DNA from: Alphaproteobacteria bacterium
Lineage (GTDB): Bacteria > Pseudomonadota > Alphaproteobacteria > Bin95
Assembly (NCBI GenBank): GCA_964291285.2
Contig: OZ219786.1
Coordinates: 736,001 to 800,000, forward strand
Direction of reading: 5' to 3'
Length of the DNA: 64,000 nucleotides
The notes under the pieces were generated by a model. It was not told the origin of the DNA. It did no database searches and saw only the letters and a program-made list of their open reading frames with translations. Below are positions 10,045-21,933 of the stretch, in pieces; the first letter of the stretch is position 1, and each line of letters starts with the position of its first letter. A program made the position numbers and the translations under genes.

Positions 10045-10575
10045 ATGACCGCTATCGACGCCATGCAGGACAGCGACTGGCCCGAGGTCCGCGCCATTTA
10101 CCGCGCGGGCCTGAAGACCGGCATCGCCGCCTTCATGAAGAACCCGCCGAGCTGGAAGGCGTGGGACAAGGGGCACCTGGCCATCGGCCGGCTGGTCGCC
10201 AGAGACGGCGGCGGCCGCGCGGTCGGCTGGGCGGCGCTGACGCCCGCCCCCGACACCTGAGGCGCTGCCGGTGTCGCTGAGGTCAGCGTCTATGTCGGCG
10301 AAAGCGCGCAAGGGTCAGGGACCGGAACCGCCTTGCTGGAGGGGCTGGTCGCGGCCTCCGAGGCGGAGGGCTACTGGACGCTGCAGGCGCAGATCATGGC
10401 GGCGAACCTGCCCAGCATCGCGCTCCACCGGAAATGCGGCTTCCGCGAGGTCGGCCGCCGGGAGCGCTACGGGCATCTGGACGGCGTCTGGCACGACGTG
10501 TTGCTGTTCGAGCGCCGCAGCGCCCGCACCGGAGGACCCGGCCTGCCGACAAGGACCTGCGACGCGGCGGGGTAG
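10045..10575 (+). CDS. GNAT N-acetyltransferase (phosphinothricin/arsinothricin ArsN1-like), candidate selenoprotein with in-frame TGA at 10258-10260
   Basis: ORFs 10045-10260 and 10333-10575 share a frame. Read-through gives ...GWAALTPAPDT-U-GAAGVAEVSVYV...QGSGTGTALL...GYWTLQAQI...SIALHRKCGFREVG...GVWHDVLLFERRS. Confidence 0.85.
10267..10299 (+). promoter_or_regulatory. SECIS-like hairpin of the GNAT gene
   Basis: GCCGGUGU/AUGUCGGC lower stem, CGCUG/CAGCG upper stem, AGGU loop 19 nt after UGA (folded by hand). Confidence 0.65.
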
Positions 10576-10643
10576 CGGCGATTGCCCCGTTGCCGCGCGC
10601 GTGTCAGGATAGCCGGCGTCCGAATGCAAGGGAGAGGACCGCC

Positions 10644-11126
10644 ATGGGCGAGAAGCTGGGGATCGGCGCCGCGTTTCCGGCCCTTTCGCTGAACCTGTTG
10701 GACCGGGGACCGGCGGAAGTGCCCGCCGACATGCCGGGCGCCTGGAAGGTGGTGCTGTTCTACCGCGGCCACTGGTGACCCTATTGCCGCCGTCAGTTGG
10801 ACGGCTTCCAGGAATTATGGCCGGAGTTCGAGGCGCGCGGCGTCTCCATCCTCGCCGGCAGCGTGGACGATGAGGATAACGCCCGCAAATTGGCGGACGG
10901 CAAGAGCTTCCCCTTCGCCTGGGGCATGACGCGGGCGGACGGAGACCGGGTCGGCGCCTGGTGGGAAGACCGCCGCAGCATCGTCCAGCCCTCCGAGTTC
11001 ATCCTGAACGAGGCCGGCGCGATCGAGGTCTCCAGCTACAGCGACGGCCCGCTCGGCCGCATCGACGCCGCCGACGCGCTGAAGCTGATCGACCTCTACG
11101 AGTCGCGGAGAAAGGCCGGGGGCTGA
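10644..11126 (+). CDS. AhpC/TSA peroxiredoxin-like redoxin, candidate selenoprotein (UxxC) with TGA at 10776-10778
   Basis: MGEKLGIGAAFPALSL...VVLFYRGHW-U-PYCRRQLDGF... The two ORFs join in frame; [10 protein letters not shown] upstream. Confidence 0.9.
10789..10805 (+). promoter_or_regulatory. SECIS-like hairpin of the redoxin gene
   Basis: GCCGUC-AGUUG-GACGGC; loop 16 nt after UGA. Confidence 0.65.
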
Positions 11127-11212
11127 GGACGACTTGCTCCGATTGCCCTGACATTCGATTGGAGTGGACCCGGCGGTCGGCGGCCCACATGGCAGGTCGG
11201 CGCGGCGCGGCT

Positions 11213-11737
11213 TTATCCTCGCCTTGCCTGCCTCCGCCGCCAGTATCGCGGGTCGAAGGCGACATCGTGGCCCCAGAGGCCGCGTCCTTCCCGGCGGGCT
11301 TCCAGTTCGACCTCCTTGTAGAGGTCTCCGTAAGCGGCGATGGCATGGCCGTTGCGGACGAGCCAGGCGCCGACATCCCTGCCGCCGCAGGTTACGCGGC
11401 CCAGCACGCGGCCATGCCGGTCTATGCCTTCCACGGACACCTCGACATGCCGGCCGCCGACCGTGCGGATGAGCGCACGCTTGACCCGTTTGCCGTGCTT
11501 GAACCAATAGCCGTCCCGGTGTTTCGCCCACTGGTCCAGTTCCGGGGCGTCGAGGCCGGAGAAGCGGACCCTGTGGCCGGAGACCCGGAGACTGTCGCCA
11601 TCTGTCACCCATGCCTTGCCGGCGATGACGCTGCCGGCTTCGGGTGCGGGCAGGCGCCGCTTGCGGCCTGGCTGCCGCCGGTGCCGCTGGCTGAGAAGCC
11701 GGAAAGCGGCACGGGCAAGGGCAGCGAGGAGTTTCAT
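11213..11737 (-). CDS. Thermonuclease (SNase-like) family protein
   Basis: VTDGDSL..VRFSGLDAPELDQ, DRHGRVLG, WLVRNGHA, EARREGRGLW. Confidence 0.88.
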   Translation of the reverse strand: MKLLAALARAAFRLLSQRHRRQPGRKRRLPAPEAGSVIAGKAWVTDGDSLRVSGHRVRFSGLDAPELDQWAKHRDGYWFKHGKRVKRALIRTVGGRHVEVSVEGIDRHGRVLGRVTCGGRDVGAWLVRNGHAIAAYGDLYKEVELEARREGRGLWGHDVAFDPRYWRRRQARRG

Positions 11738-11867
11738 AGCCCGTTCCGCTTAGCATGTTTCCCGCCCGCCGACACCCGGCCGGGGCGGCCCGGCTTGCGT
11801 GTCCGGAGGAAGCGGCTATACCTCTCGGCAGCCCGGAACGGGCGGCCCGAAGGCGGTATCGAAGGCA

Positions 11868-12916
11868 ATGACGAAAGACAGCACGGCGGCGCTGGAGGCG
11901 GCGGCCGGGGAACGCATCCTCGTTCTCGACGGCGCAATGGGGACCATGATCCAGCAGCTCGGCCTGGAGGAGGCCGACTTCCGCGGCGCGCGCTTCGCCG
12001 GCTGGGACCGGGACCTCAAGGGCAATAACGACCTGCTGAACCTGACGCAGCCGGACGCCATTGCCGACATCCACGGCACCTTCCTGGACGCCGGCGCCGA
12101 CATTCTCGAGACCAACAGCTTCAACGCCACCCGGGTCGCGCTGGCCGATTACGGCATGGAGGCGTTCGCCCGCGAGATCAACGAGGCCGCGGCCCGGATC
12201 GCCCGCAAGGCCGCGGACGGCCGCCGGGACGGCCGGCCGCGCTGGGTGGCGGGCGCCATCGGGCCGACCAACCGCACCGCCTCGATCTCTCCCGATGTCG
12301 AGGACCCGGCGGCGCGCAATGTCGATTTCGACACGCTCCGCGCCGCCTACCGCGAGGCCGCCGAGGGCCTGATGGACGGCGGGGCGGACCTGCTTGCCGT
12401 CGAGACGGTGTTCGACACGCTGAACGCCAAGGCGGCGCTCTACGCCGTCGAGGAGGCGTTCGAGGCGCGCGGCACCCGCCTGCCGGTCCTCGTCTCCGGC
12501 ACGGTTGTGGACCTCTCCGGACGCACCTTGTCCGGCCAGACGCCGGAGGCTTTCTGGTATTCGGTGCGCCATGCCGCGCCCTTCGCCGTCGGCCTCAATT
12601 GCGCGCTCGGGGCGGAGCAGATGCGCGGCTTCCTCGCCGACATGGCGCGCGTGGCCGACACGCTGATCTCCGCCTATCCGAACGCCGGCCTGCCCAACGC
12701 CTTCGGAGGCTATGACGAGACGCCGGAGACGACCGCCCGCCATCTGGGCGCCTGGGCGCGGGACGGGCTGGTGAACCTGGTCGGCGGCTGCTGCGGCACC
12801 ACGCCCGCGCATATCGCCGCCGTCGCCGAAGCCGTGGCGGGCGTGACCCCGCGCAAGCCGCCCCGGATGGAGCGGCGCATGCGGCTCGCCGGGCTCGAAC
12901 CCTTCGTCGCGGCGGC

Positions 12917-12920
<4 letters not shown>
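11868..12920 (+). CDS. metH: Methionine synthase, homocysteine-binding (S-methyltransferase) part
   Basis: [38 protein letters not shown]. Confidence 0.93.
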
Positions 12921-15571
<2,651 letters not shown>

Positions 15572-15624
15572 ACGGCCGGGCTGCGGGCGGACGCTGCAAT
15601 CCCTCCCTACCGGAACGCCGCTTG

Positions 15625-16320
15625 TCAGCGCGGGAAGTTCGGGCGGTCGGGGCCGTAATGCGCCGCCAGATAGTCGAGGATGACCGTCCTGGCATCTCCC
15701 TCGATCGGCTCCATCTCCTGCTCCTCGACCATCCAGTCCAGCGACTCGTCCCATTGCTCGCGCGTCAGGCCCTGCTGCACGACGATCCGCTCCGAGTGGC
15801 AGGGCGTGCAGGCGTAGAAGGTCTCGGAGGCGCCGGGCGCCCTGACCATGAGGCCGAAATCCTCCGCCTCCGGGGTCTGCGAAACCGCCGGGGCCGCGGA
15901 CGCCTTCCCGAAATCGGCCGGGCTGTCGCCCATCCCGTTCAGGAAGGCGATGACATCGGCGCGGTCGCGCTCGCGCTTCAGGCCGACGAAGCTCATGGAG
16001 CCGCCCTTCACCACCGCGCGCGGCTTCGTCAGATAGGCGTCGAGACGCTCCGGCGTCCAGCTGCCGCCGAACGCCGTCATCGCCTTCGAATAGCGGAACC
16101 CGTCCCTCGCCCCTACCGGCGCACCGACAATGCCCCAGAGGTTGGGTCCGATCTTTTTGCGTCCGCCCTTCTCGGCCGTGTGGCAGGCGGCGCACTTGCG
16201 AAACACCTTTTTGCCGCGCGCGGAATCGGCCGCGGCGAGGCGCGTCTCCAGGTCGGCCGCGCCGGCGGGCGCTGCCGCTGCGCAGGCAAGCAGCAGCGCC
16301 GCCGCCATGACGGTCCGCAT
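15625..16320 (-). CDS. Di-heme c-type cytochrome, likely partner of the molybdoenzyme
   Basis: Signal peptide, cytochrome c2-like CAACH...GPNL domain, second CTPCH domain. Confidence 0.85.
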   Translation of the reverse strand: MRTVMAAALLLACAAAAPAGAADLETRLAAADSARGKKVFRKCAACHTAEKGGRKKIGPNLWGIVGAPVGARDGFRYSKAMTAFGGSWTPERLDAYLTKPRAVVKGGSMSFVGLKRERDRADVIAFLNGMGDSPADFGKASAAPAVSQTPEAEDFGLMVRAPGASETFYACTPCHSERIVVQQGLTREQWDESLDWMVEEQEMEPIEGDARTVILDYLAAHYGPDRPNFPR

Positions 16321-16330
16321 CGGCGCGCGG

Positions 16331-17626
16331 TCAGGCTACGCGCAGCGCCACCCGGTGCATGGTGTTGTTGAGATAGCCTTTCGGGTTCCAGTCGATGGCG
16401 AAGGGCTGCATCTCGCCGGCGCTGTCGGTCGCCCGCGCCCAGACCTCGTAGTAGCCGGCCTCGGGGAAGGCGATGCTGTGGCGCCAGTTCTGCCAGGCGC
16501 CGGGATTGACCGGCCCGTCCAGCTCCGCGGCCATCCAGCTCTTGCCGAAATCGATGGAGAGGTCGACGGCGGAAACCGTGCGGTCCCCCGACCAGGCATG
16601 GCCGCGCACCTCGACCTCACGGGCCGCGCCGGCGCCGTTCTCCGGCGACGTCACCAGGGATTTCACCGGCATGCGCTCGATGATCTCGAAATCCTCCGTC
16701 GGCACCTTGTCGCCCGGAGCAACGGAATAGCGCGGCACCCGGTATGACTTGCCGGTCATCTTCGGCCCGTCATGAACCTGATCTCGGAGCTGGATGCGCT
16801 TCAGCCATTTCTGCGAGCACGACCCCGGCCAGCCCGGCACCACCAGGCGGAGCGGCGCGCCGTTCTGCCTGTGCAGCGGCCCGCCGTTCATCGCAAACGC
16901 GATGAGCACATTGTCGGTCATCGCCTTCGCGATCGGCACGCCGCGCGAGATCGGCAGCTTGCCCTCCTTGCCGGAGAGGTGGGTGTCGGCGCCGTAATGC
17001 GCGGTATAGACCGCGCCCGGCTTGACCCCGGCCTTCTTCAGCACGTCGGCGAGGCGCACGCCGGTCCATTCCGAGCAGCCCACGGCGCCGACGGTCCACT
17101 GGTTGCCCTTGGCCGGCGGGTCGAAGAAGGCCCGTCCGTTGCCGCCGCATTCGATGGTGAGCGCCATGGTGACCACCTCGAACCCGGCCTTCAGGTCCTC
17201 GATGGACAGCTCCATCGGGTTGTCCACCAGCCCGTCCACGGCGAGCGTCCAGCCTGCGGCGTCGGCGTCTTCCGGCGGCAGGCCGTTATTGCGGATGAAG
17301 TGCCGGGCGGTGGGCGTGATCGCATCGTCGAGCAGGTGCGCCGGCGTCTCGGCATTGATCGGCCGGTCGTTCAGCAGCGTCAGCCCGTCCTTGCCGACCA
17401 GCACGTCCTCCGAGGCAAAGGCCGCCGGCACCAGCCCGCGCGGCATGTTGGCGTAGAAGGGGATCGTCATGCCGAGCAGGCCGCCTGCGGCCGCCAGCCC
17501 GGCGCCGGCGAAGAAGCCCCGCCGGCTCAGCCCCGGCGCCGGCTCGAAAAATTGCCGGCGCGCCTCTTCCGGATGTTCCGCGAAGTAGGCGTATAGCCCT
17601 TTGGTGTCTTGCGAATCTTTCGGCAT
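16331..17626 (-). CDS. Sulfite oxidase-family molybdoenzyme (SorA/SorT/SoxC-like), Tat-exported
   Basis: SRRGFF Tat motif, HFIRNNG, IECGGNGR, GAPLRLVVPGW, KWL, ARATD; AAGGAG RBS. Confidence 0.9.
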   Translation of the reverse strand: MPKDSQDTKGLYAYFAEHPEEARRQFFEPAPGLSRRGFFAGAGLAAAGGLLGMTIPFYANMPRGLVPAAFASEDVLVGKDGLTLLNDRPINAETPAHLLDDAITPTARHFIRNNGLPPEDADAAGWTLAVDGLVDNPMELSIEDLKAGFEVVTMALTIECGGNGRAFFDPPAKGNQWTVGAVGCSEWTGVRLADVLKKAGVKPGAVYTAHYGADTHLSGKEGKLPISRGVPIAKAMTDNVLIAFAMNGGPLHRQNGAPLRLVVPGWPGSCSQKWLKRIQLRDQVHDGPKMTGKSYRVPRYSVAPGDKVPTEDFEIIERMPVKSLVTSPENGAGAAREVEVRGHAWSGDRTVSAVDLSIDFGKSWMAAELDGPVNPGAWQNWRHSIAFPEAGYYEVWARATDSAGEMQPFAIDWNPKGYLNNTMHRVALRVA

Positions 17627-17768
17627 GTTTTTCTCCTTGGTCATTTGCCGGCTTGTCTCCATGGAGACAGGCTGGGAGGTTGCTGGGCGTTCGCCGCGCG
17701 GCGTTGGGGAGGAGCCGCCCGCCGGGCGGCTCATGGCTCCCCTGGGCCGCGCGAGGGGCGCCGGCCGG

Positions 17769-19031
17769 TCAGCCGAAGATGTCGGCCGTGATGCCGGAAT
17801 ACCAGCCCTCCGACTCTTCGTAGGTGGTCTTGCGCAACTCCGCCGTTTCGCCGGTCTTGGAGATGAAGCCGTCGGTCTTGGCGATCTTCTCGTCCGTCGC
17901 TTCGTAGGACGCGCCGACCTTGACGCCGTTCTCCGTCGAGATGAGCGACCAGCAGGTGTTGGAATATCTGGCCGGGAACACCTTCGACCCGGTGAGCGCG
18001 CCGCGCACGGCGTTGGCGCAGACCTTCGCCTGGCTGTTGGCCGAGAAGCCCGACTTCGGCATGTCGCCCTGCTGGGCGGCATCGCCGAGGACATGGACAT
18101 CCGGGTCCGCCTTCGAGGACATGTCGTAGGCGCTGACCGGCGCCCAGTTGCCGTCGGTGACGCCGGCAAGCTCGGCAATGCGTCCGGCCTTCATGGCCGG
18201 AATGACATTGCAGACATCCACCCTGGTCTCTTCACCGTCGATGGTGACGGTCATGCCCGCGGGATCGACCGACACCTTGTCGCCGCCGAACTCCGGCCCG
18301 ATCCAGTCGATCATGCCGGCATAGTGGTCGGCCCAGCCTTCCTGGAAGAGTCCCATCTTGGAGAATTTCGGCTTGGGGTCGGCGATGATGATCTTCGCCG
18401 TCGGATTGTGGGCCTTGAGATGGTGCGCCACCATGCAGATGCGCTCATAGGGGCCGGGCGGGCACCGGAACGGGTTGGGGGGAGCGACCATGGCGTAAAC
18501 GCCGCCCTCCGGCATGGCGCGGACCTGCGCCCTCAGCAGCTCGCTCTGCGAACCGGCCTTGTAGGCGTGCGGCATCGCGTTCTGCGCGCCGACGTCCCAG
18601 CCCTCCACGGCCCCTTCGACGAAGTCGATGCCCGGGGAGAGGACGAGCCTGTCGTAGGAGAGCGTGGCGCCCCCTGCGAGGCTCACTGTCTTGGCGCTGC
18701 GGTCAACGCCGACGGCCCAGTCATGCACGACATTGACGCCGTGGGCGCTGGCGAGCCGGCCGTAGGTGTGCCCGATATCCGCAACTTCCTTGAAGCCGCC
18801 GATATAGAGGTTCGAGAAGAAGCAGGTGTAGTAGGTGCGGGTCGGCTCCACGAGGGTGACGTCAATGGCGCCCTTGCTGTCCTTTGCGATATAGCGCGCC
18901 GCCGTGGCGCCGCCGGCGCCGCCGCCGATGACGACCACGCGCGGGCGGCCCTGGCCGATGGCTGCCGGCGCCGCAAGCAAGGCCGCGGTCGCAGCCGTCG
19001 AGCCGACGAATGATCTCCTGTCGAGTTTCAT
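17769..19031 (-). CDS. fccB: Flavocytochrome c sulfide dehydrogenase flavoprotein (FccB/SoxF-like)
   Basis: DRRSF Tat motif, VVVIGGGAGG, YYTCFFSN, FRCPPGPYER, MPKSGFSANSQAK, NTCWS. Confidence 0.9.
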   Translation of the reverse strand: MKLDRRSFVGSTAATAALLAAPAAIGQGRPRVVVIGGGAGGATAARYIAKDSKGAIDVTLVEPTRTYYTCFFSNLYIGGFKEVADIGHTYGRLASAHGVNVVHDWAVGVDRSAKTVSLAGGATLSYDRLVLSPGIDFVEGAVEGWDVGAQNAMPHAYKAGSQSELLRAQVRAMPEGGVYAMVAPPNPFRCPPGPYERICMVAHHLKAHNPTAKIIIADPKPKFSKMGLFQEGWADHYAGMIDWIGPEFGGDKVSVDPAGMTVTIDGEETRVDVCNVIPAMKAGRIAELAGVTDGNWAPVSAYDMSSKADPDVHVLGDAAQQGDMPKSGFSANSQAKVCANAVRGALTGSKVFPARYSNTCWSLISTENGVKVGASYEATDEKIAKTDGFISKTGETAELRKTTYEESEGWYSGITADIFG

Positions 19032-19083
19032 GGCGGGTTCCTCCTTCCGGTTGCGTTGCCGTCGTGACGGGCGGGTTGGGTCC

Positions 19084-19782
19084 TCATTCTGCGGGATTGG
19101 CGAAGTAGGCGGCAAGCGCGGCGATTTCCTCGTCGCCCAGCCGCGCCGCGATCATCTGCATGACCGGGTGCTCGCGGCGCTTGTTCCTGTAATCGTGCAT
19201 CGCGATGACGAAGCGTTCCACCGGCCAGCGCAGGATGGAGGGTATGCCCTTGTCGCCTCCGTCCGCCCGGTGGCAGGTCGTGCATTCCCCGCTGAGCCAG
19301 GCGCCGTATTCGGGGTCGCCCTCGATGGCCAGAACGGCCGGATCGATGCCGTGGTCCTCAGCACTGCCGGAAAGCAGCGCCATGCCGGTTCCGTCGCCGA
19401 TGCTTTGGAGGAAGGCGATCAGGTCCGCCCGCGCGCGCGCATCCGCAATCCCGTCGAAGGTCATCCGGGAGTCGGGGGCGACGGCGTCCGGACTCCCGAG
19501 AAAGGCGTCGAGCGTTTCGGCGCTCCAGACATGCCCGTCGTCCCTGAGGCGCAGGAAGCTCCCGGAATAGATGAAGTCCGCGTGGCTTGCCGCGACCCGG
19601 CCGAAGAGGCCGTTCAGATGCGGGCCGATCCCGTGCCGGGCTCCGGCGCCGGCCTCATGGCAGGCCTTGCATTGGTCGAACACGGGGCGGCCGGCGTCCG
19701 CATCGCCGGACTCCGCCGGGCGCGGCCCCGTATGGACAGCGATTGCCGCCGCGAGGACCAGAACCAGCCGGAACCGAACCAT
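19084..19782 (-). CDS. Di-heme c-type cytochrome (SoxE-like)
   Basis: Signal peptide, CKACH...GPHL, GDPEYGAWLSGECTTCH, HPVMQMIA. Start codon uncertain. Confidence 0.82.
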   Translation of the reverse strand: MVRFRLVLVLAAAIAVHTGPRPAESGDADAGRPVFDQCKACHEAGAGARHGIGPHLNGLFGRVAASHADFIYSGSFLRLRDDGHVWSAETLDAFLGSPDAVAPDSRMTFDGIADARARADLIAFLQSIGDGTGMALLSGSAEDHGIDPAVLAIEGDPEYGAWLSGECTTCHRADGGDKGIPSILRWPVERFVIAMHDYRNKRREHPVMQMIAARLGDEEIAALAAYFANPAE

Positions 19783-20020
19783 CCGAACCCGATCTCCGAA
19801 TCTCTCCGGGCCGGCGCTGCCGCGCCCGCGCCGCTTCCTCATGGGCGTCCATCCTTCCCGTACCCGCGCTCCTGTCAATTCTTCTCGACCCGGCTGTCCG
19901 AACCCGGGGGCCCGCTCCAGCCAACGCCGGGACCCTGATTCGCGCGTAACCTGCGCGCGCCTTCCGCCGGGAGTCGGGGAGGCGTAGGCTCGGTCCCGGC
20001 GCGATTCGGAGAGGAAACCG

Positions 20021-20857
20021 ATGCCCGATACCCTGGCCGACCTGGTGACGAAGCGTTACGGCCCCGAGACGCCCGGCGGCGCGGACATGCCGGCGGAGGG
20101 ACCGCTCGCGGCGATCCTCGACCGGCGCACCCACCGCCGCTACGCCGACCGGCCGGTCCCGGAGGACATGCTGGACCTGCTGTTCGCCTGCGCCTTCTCC
20201 GCCAGCGCCAAGTCCGACCTGCAGCAGGCTTCGGTCGTGCGGGTGGCCGACCCGGCGCTCCGGGCGGAGGTCGCCGCACTCATCCCGGGCATGCCGTGGA
20301 TCGGCACGGCGCCGGTATTCATGGTCTGGTGCGGCGACGGGCGGCGGATCAGGCGGATCTGCGAGTTGCGGGGCAAGCCGTTCGCCAACGACCATTTCGA
20401 TGCCGCCTTCAACCCGACCGTGGACGCCGCGCTCGCCATGCAGACCTTCATCCTCTCGGCGGAGGCGATGGGGCTCGGCTGCTGCCCGATCAGCGTCGTG
20501 CGCAACCATTGCTTCCGGGTGGGCGAACTGCTGGGCCTGCCGGAATGGGTGTTCCCGGTAGCCGGGCTCTGCGTCGGCTGGCCGGCGGCGGAGGGCTATA
20601 TCTCCATGCGGGTGCCGCCCTCGGTCACGGTCCACACCGACCGCTATGACGACGGCAAGCTGGCCGCCGGTATCGACGCATACGACCGCCGCCGCGACGC
20701 GGTTTACAGCATTCCGGCGGACAAGCAGCGGGACACCGACCGCTACGGCGAGGCGGGCTTCTACGGCTGGTCCGAGGACAAGGCGCGCCAGGTCTCGCAC
20801 ACCGAGCGCGAGGACTTCGGCGCCTTCCTCCGCCGGCAGGGCTACCGGCTGGACTGA
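20021..20857 (+). CDS. Nitroreductase, NfsA/FRP-like
   Basis: RRTHRRY, SASAKSDLQ, VDAALAMQ, GLGCCPI, PVAGLCVGWP. Confidence 0.9.
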   Translation: MPDTLADLVTKRYGPETPGGADMPAEGPLAAILDRRTHRRYADRPVPEDMLDLLFACAFSASAKSDLQQASVVRVADPALRAEVAALIPGMPWIGTAPVFMVWCGDGRRIRRICELRGKPFANDHFDAAFNPTVDAALAMQTFILSAEAMGLGCCPISVVRNHCFRVGELLGLPEWVFPVAGLCVGWPAAEGYISMRVPPSVTVHTDRYDDGKLAAGIDAYDRRRDAVYSIPADKQRDTDRYGEAGFYGWSEDKARQVSHTEREDFGAFLRRQGYRLD

Positions 20858-21933
20858 TGGCGCCTCCCGTCGCGGGCGGCATCGGGCGCGTCTTCGCCAA
20901 CCGCAATTACCGCCTCTACTTCACCGGCAACGCGGTCTCGCTGGTCGGCACCTGGATGCAGCGCACCGGCGTCGGCGTGCTCGCCTGGGAGCTGACCGGT
21001 TCGGCGTTTTACCTTGGCCTGATCGCCGCGGCGGAATTCCTGCCGTCCATCCTGCTGGGACCGTTCGCCGGCGCGGTGGCCGACCGCCTCAGCCGGCTGG
21101 GCATCATCGCCGCGATGCAGGGCCTTCTGTGCATCCAGGCGCTCACGCTCGGCCTCCTGACCGTCACCGGCCTCACCACGCCGGAATTGCTGTTCCTGCT
21201 CACCCTGGCGCTCGGCACGGCGACGGCGATAGCGCAGCCGGCGCGCCTGTCGCTCGTGCCGTCGCTCGTGGGCCGCGACGACATCCCCTCCGCGGTCGCG
21301 ATCAACTCGATCGGCTGGAACAGCGCGCGCTTCATCGGCCCGACGCTGGCCGGACCGATGCTGACATATCTGGGGCCCGTCTCCGGCGCAGGCTGGGCGT
21401 TCCTGTGCAACACGGCGACCTTTGCCGCCTTCCTCATCGTATTGCCGATGCTGCGCCTCAGCCCCCGCCTGCAGGTGCGGCGCGAACGCCGGGGCCTGCT
21501 CGCGGAGATCGGCGAGGGCTTCGGCTATATCGGGCGCCATGCGGGCGTCGGCCCGCTGATCCTGCTGCTGCTGGCCGGGGCGCTGCTGGTCCGGCCCTAT
21601 GTCGAACTGCTGCCCGCCTTCGCCGATGTCGTGTTCGAGCGCGGCGCGGCGGGCTTCGCCTGGCTCATCGCCGTCAACGGGCTGGGCGCGCTGGCAGGCG
21701 GCCTCTGGCTCGCCTGGCGCGGCAACCGGGACGGGCTCGCCGGCATCGTGTTCGCCGGCGCGGCGGTGCACGCGGCGATGGTGGCGCTGTTTTCCCTCAC
21801 CGGACATTTCGAACTCGCGCTGGCGGCGCTGGCGGTGGCGGGCTTCGCCATGCTGGTCATGGGCGTGGGCGCGCAGAGCCTGATCCAGATGGGCACGCCG
21901 TCGGACATGCTCGGCCGGGTGCTGAGCGTTTAC
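20857..21933 (+). pseudogene. MFS transporter, N-terminal part, interrupted by the IS-bounded island
   Basis: Hydrophobic MFS_3-like sequence (NYRLYFTGNAVSLVGTWMQ) ends ...GRVLSVY at the IS end and resumes at 38398. Confidence 0.88.

Noticed and set aside
10045-11126. Treating the split GNAT and redoxin ORFs as pseudogenes
   Set aside because: There are no other lesions, the stops fall at Cys-equivalent columns and hairpins follow. Disfavoured, but not formally excluded without the sel genes.
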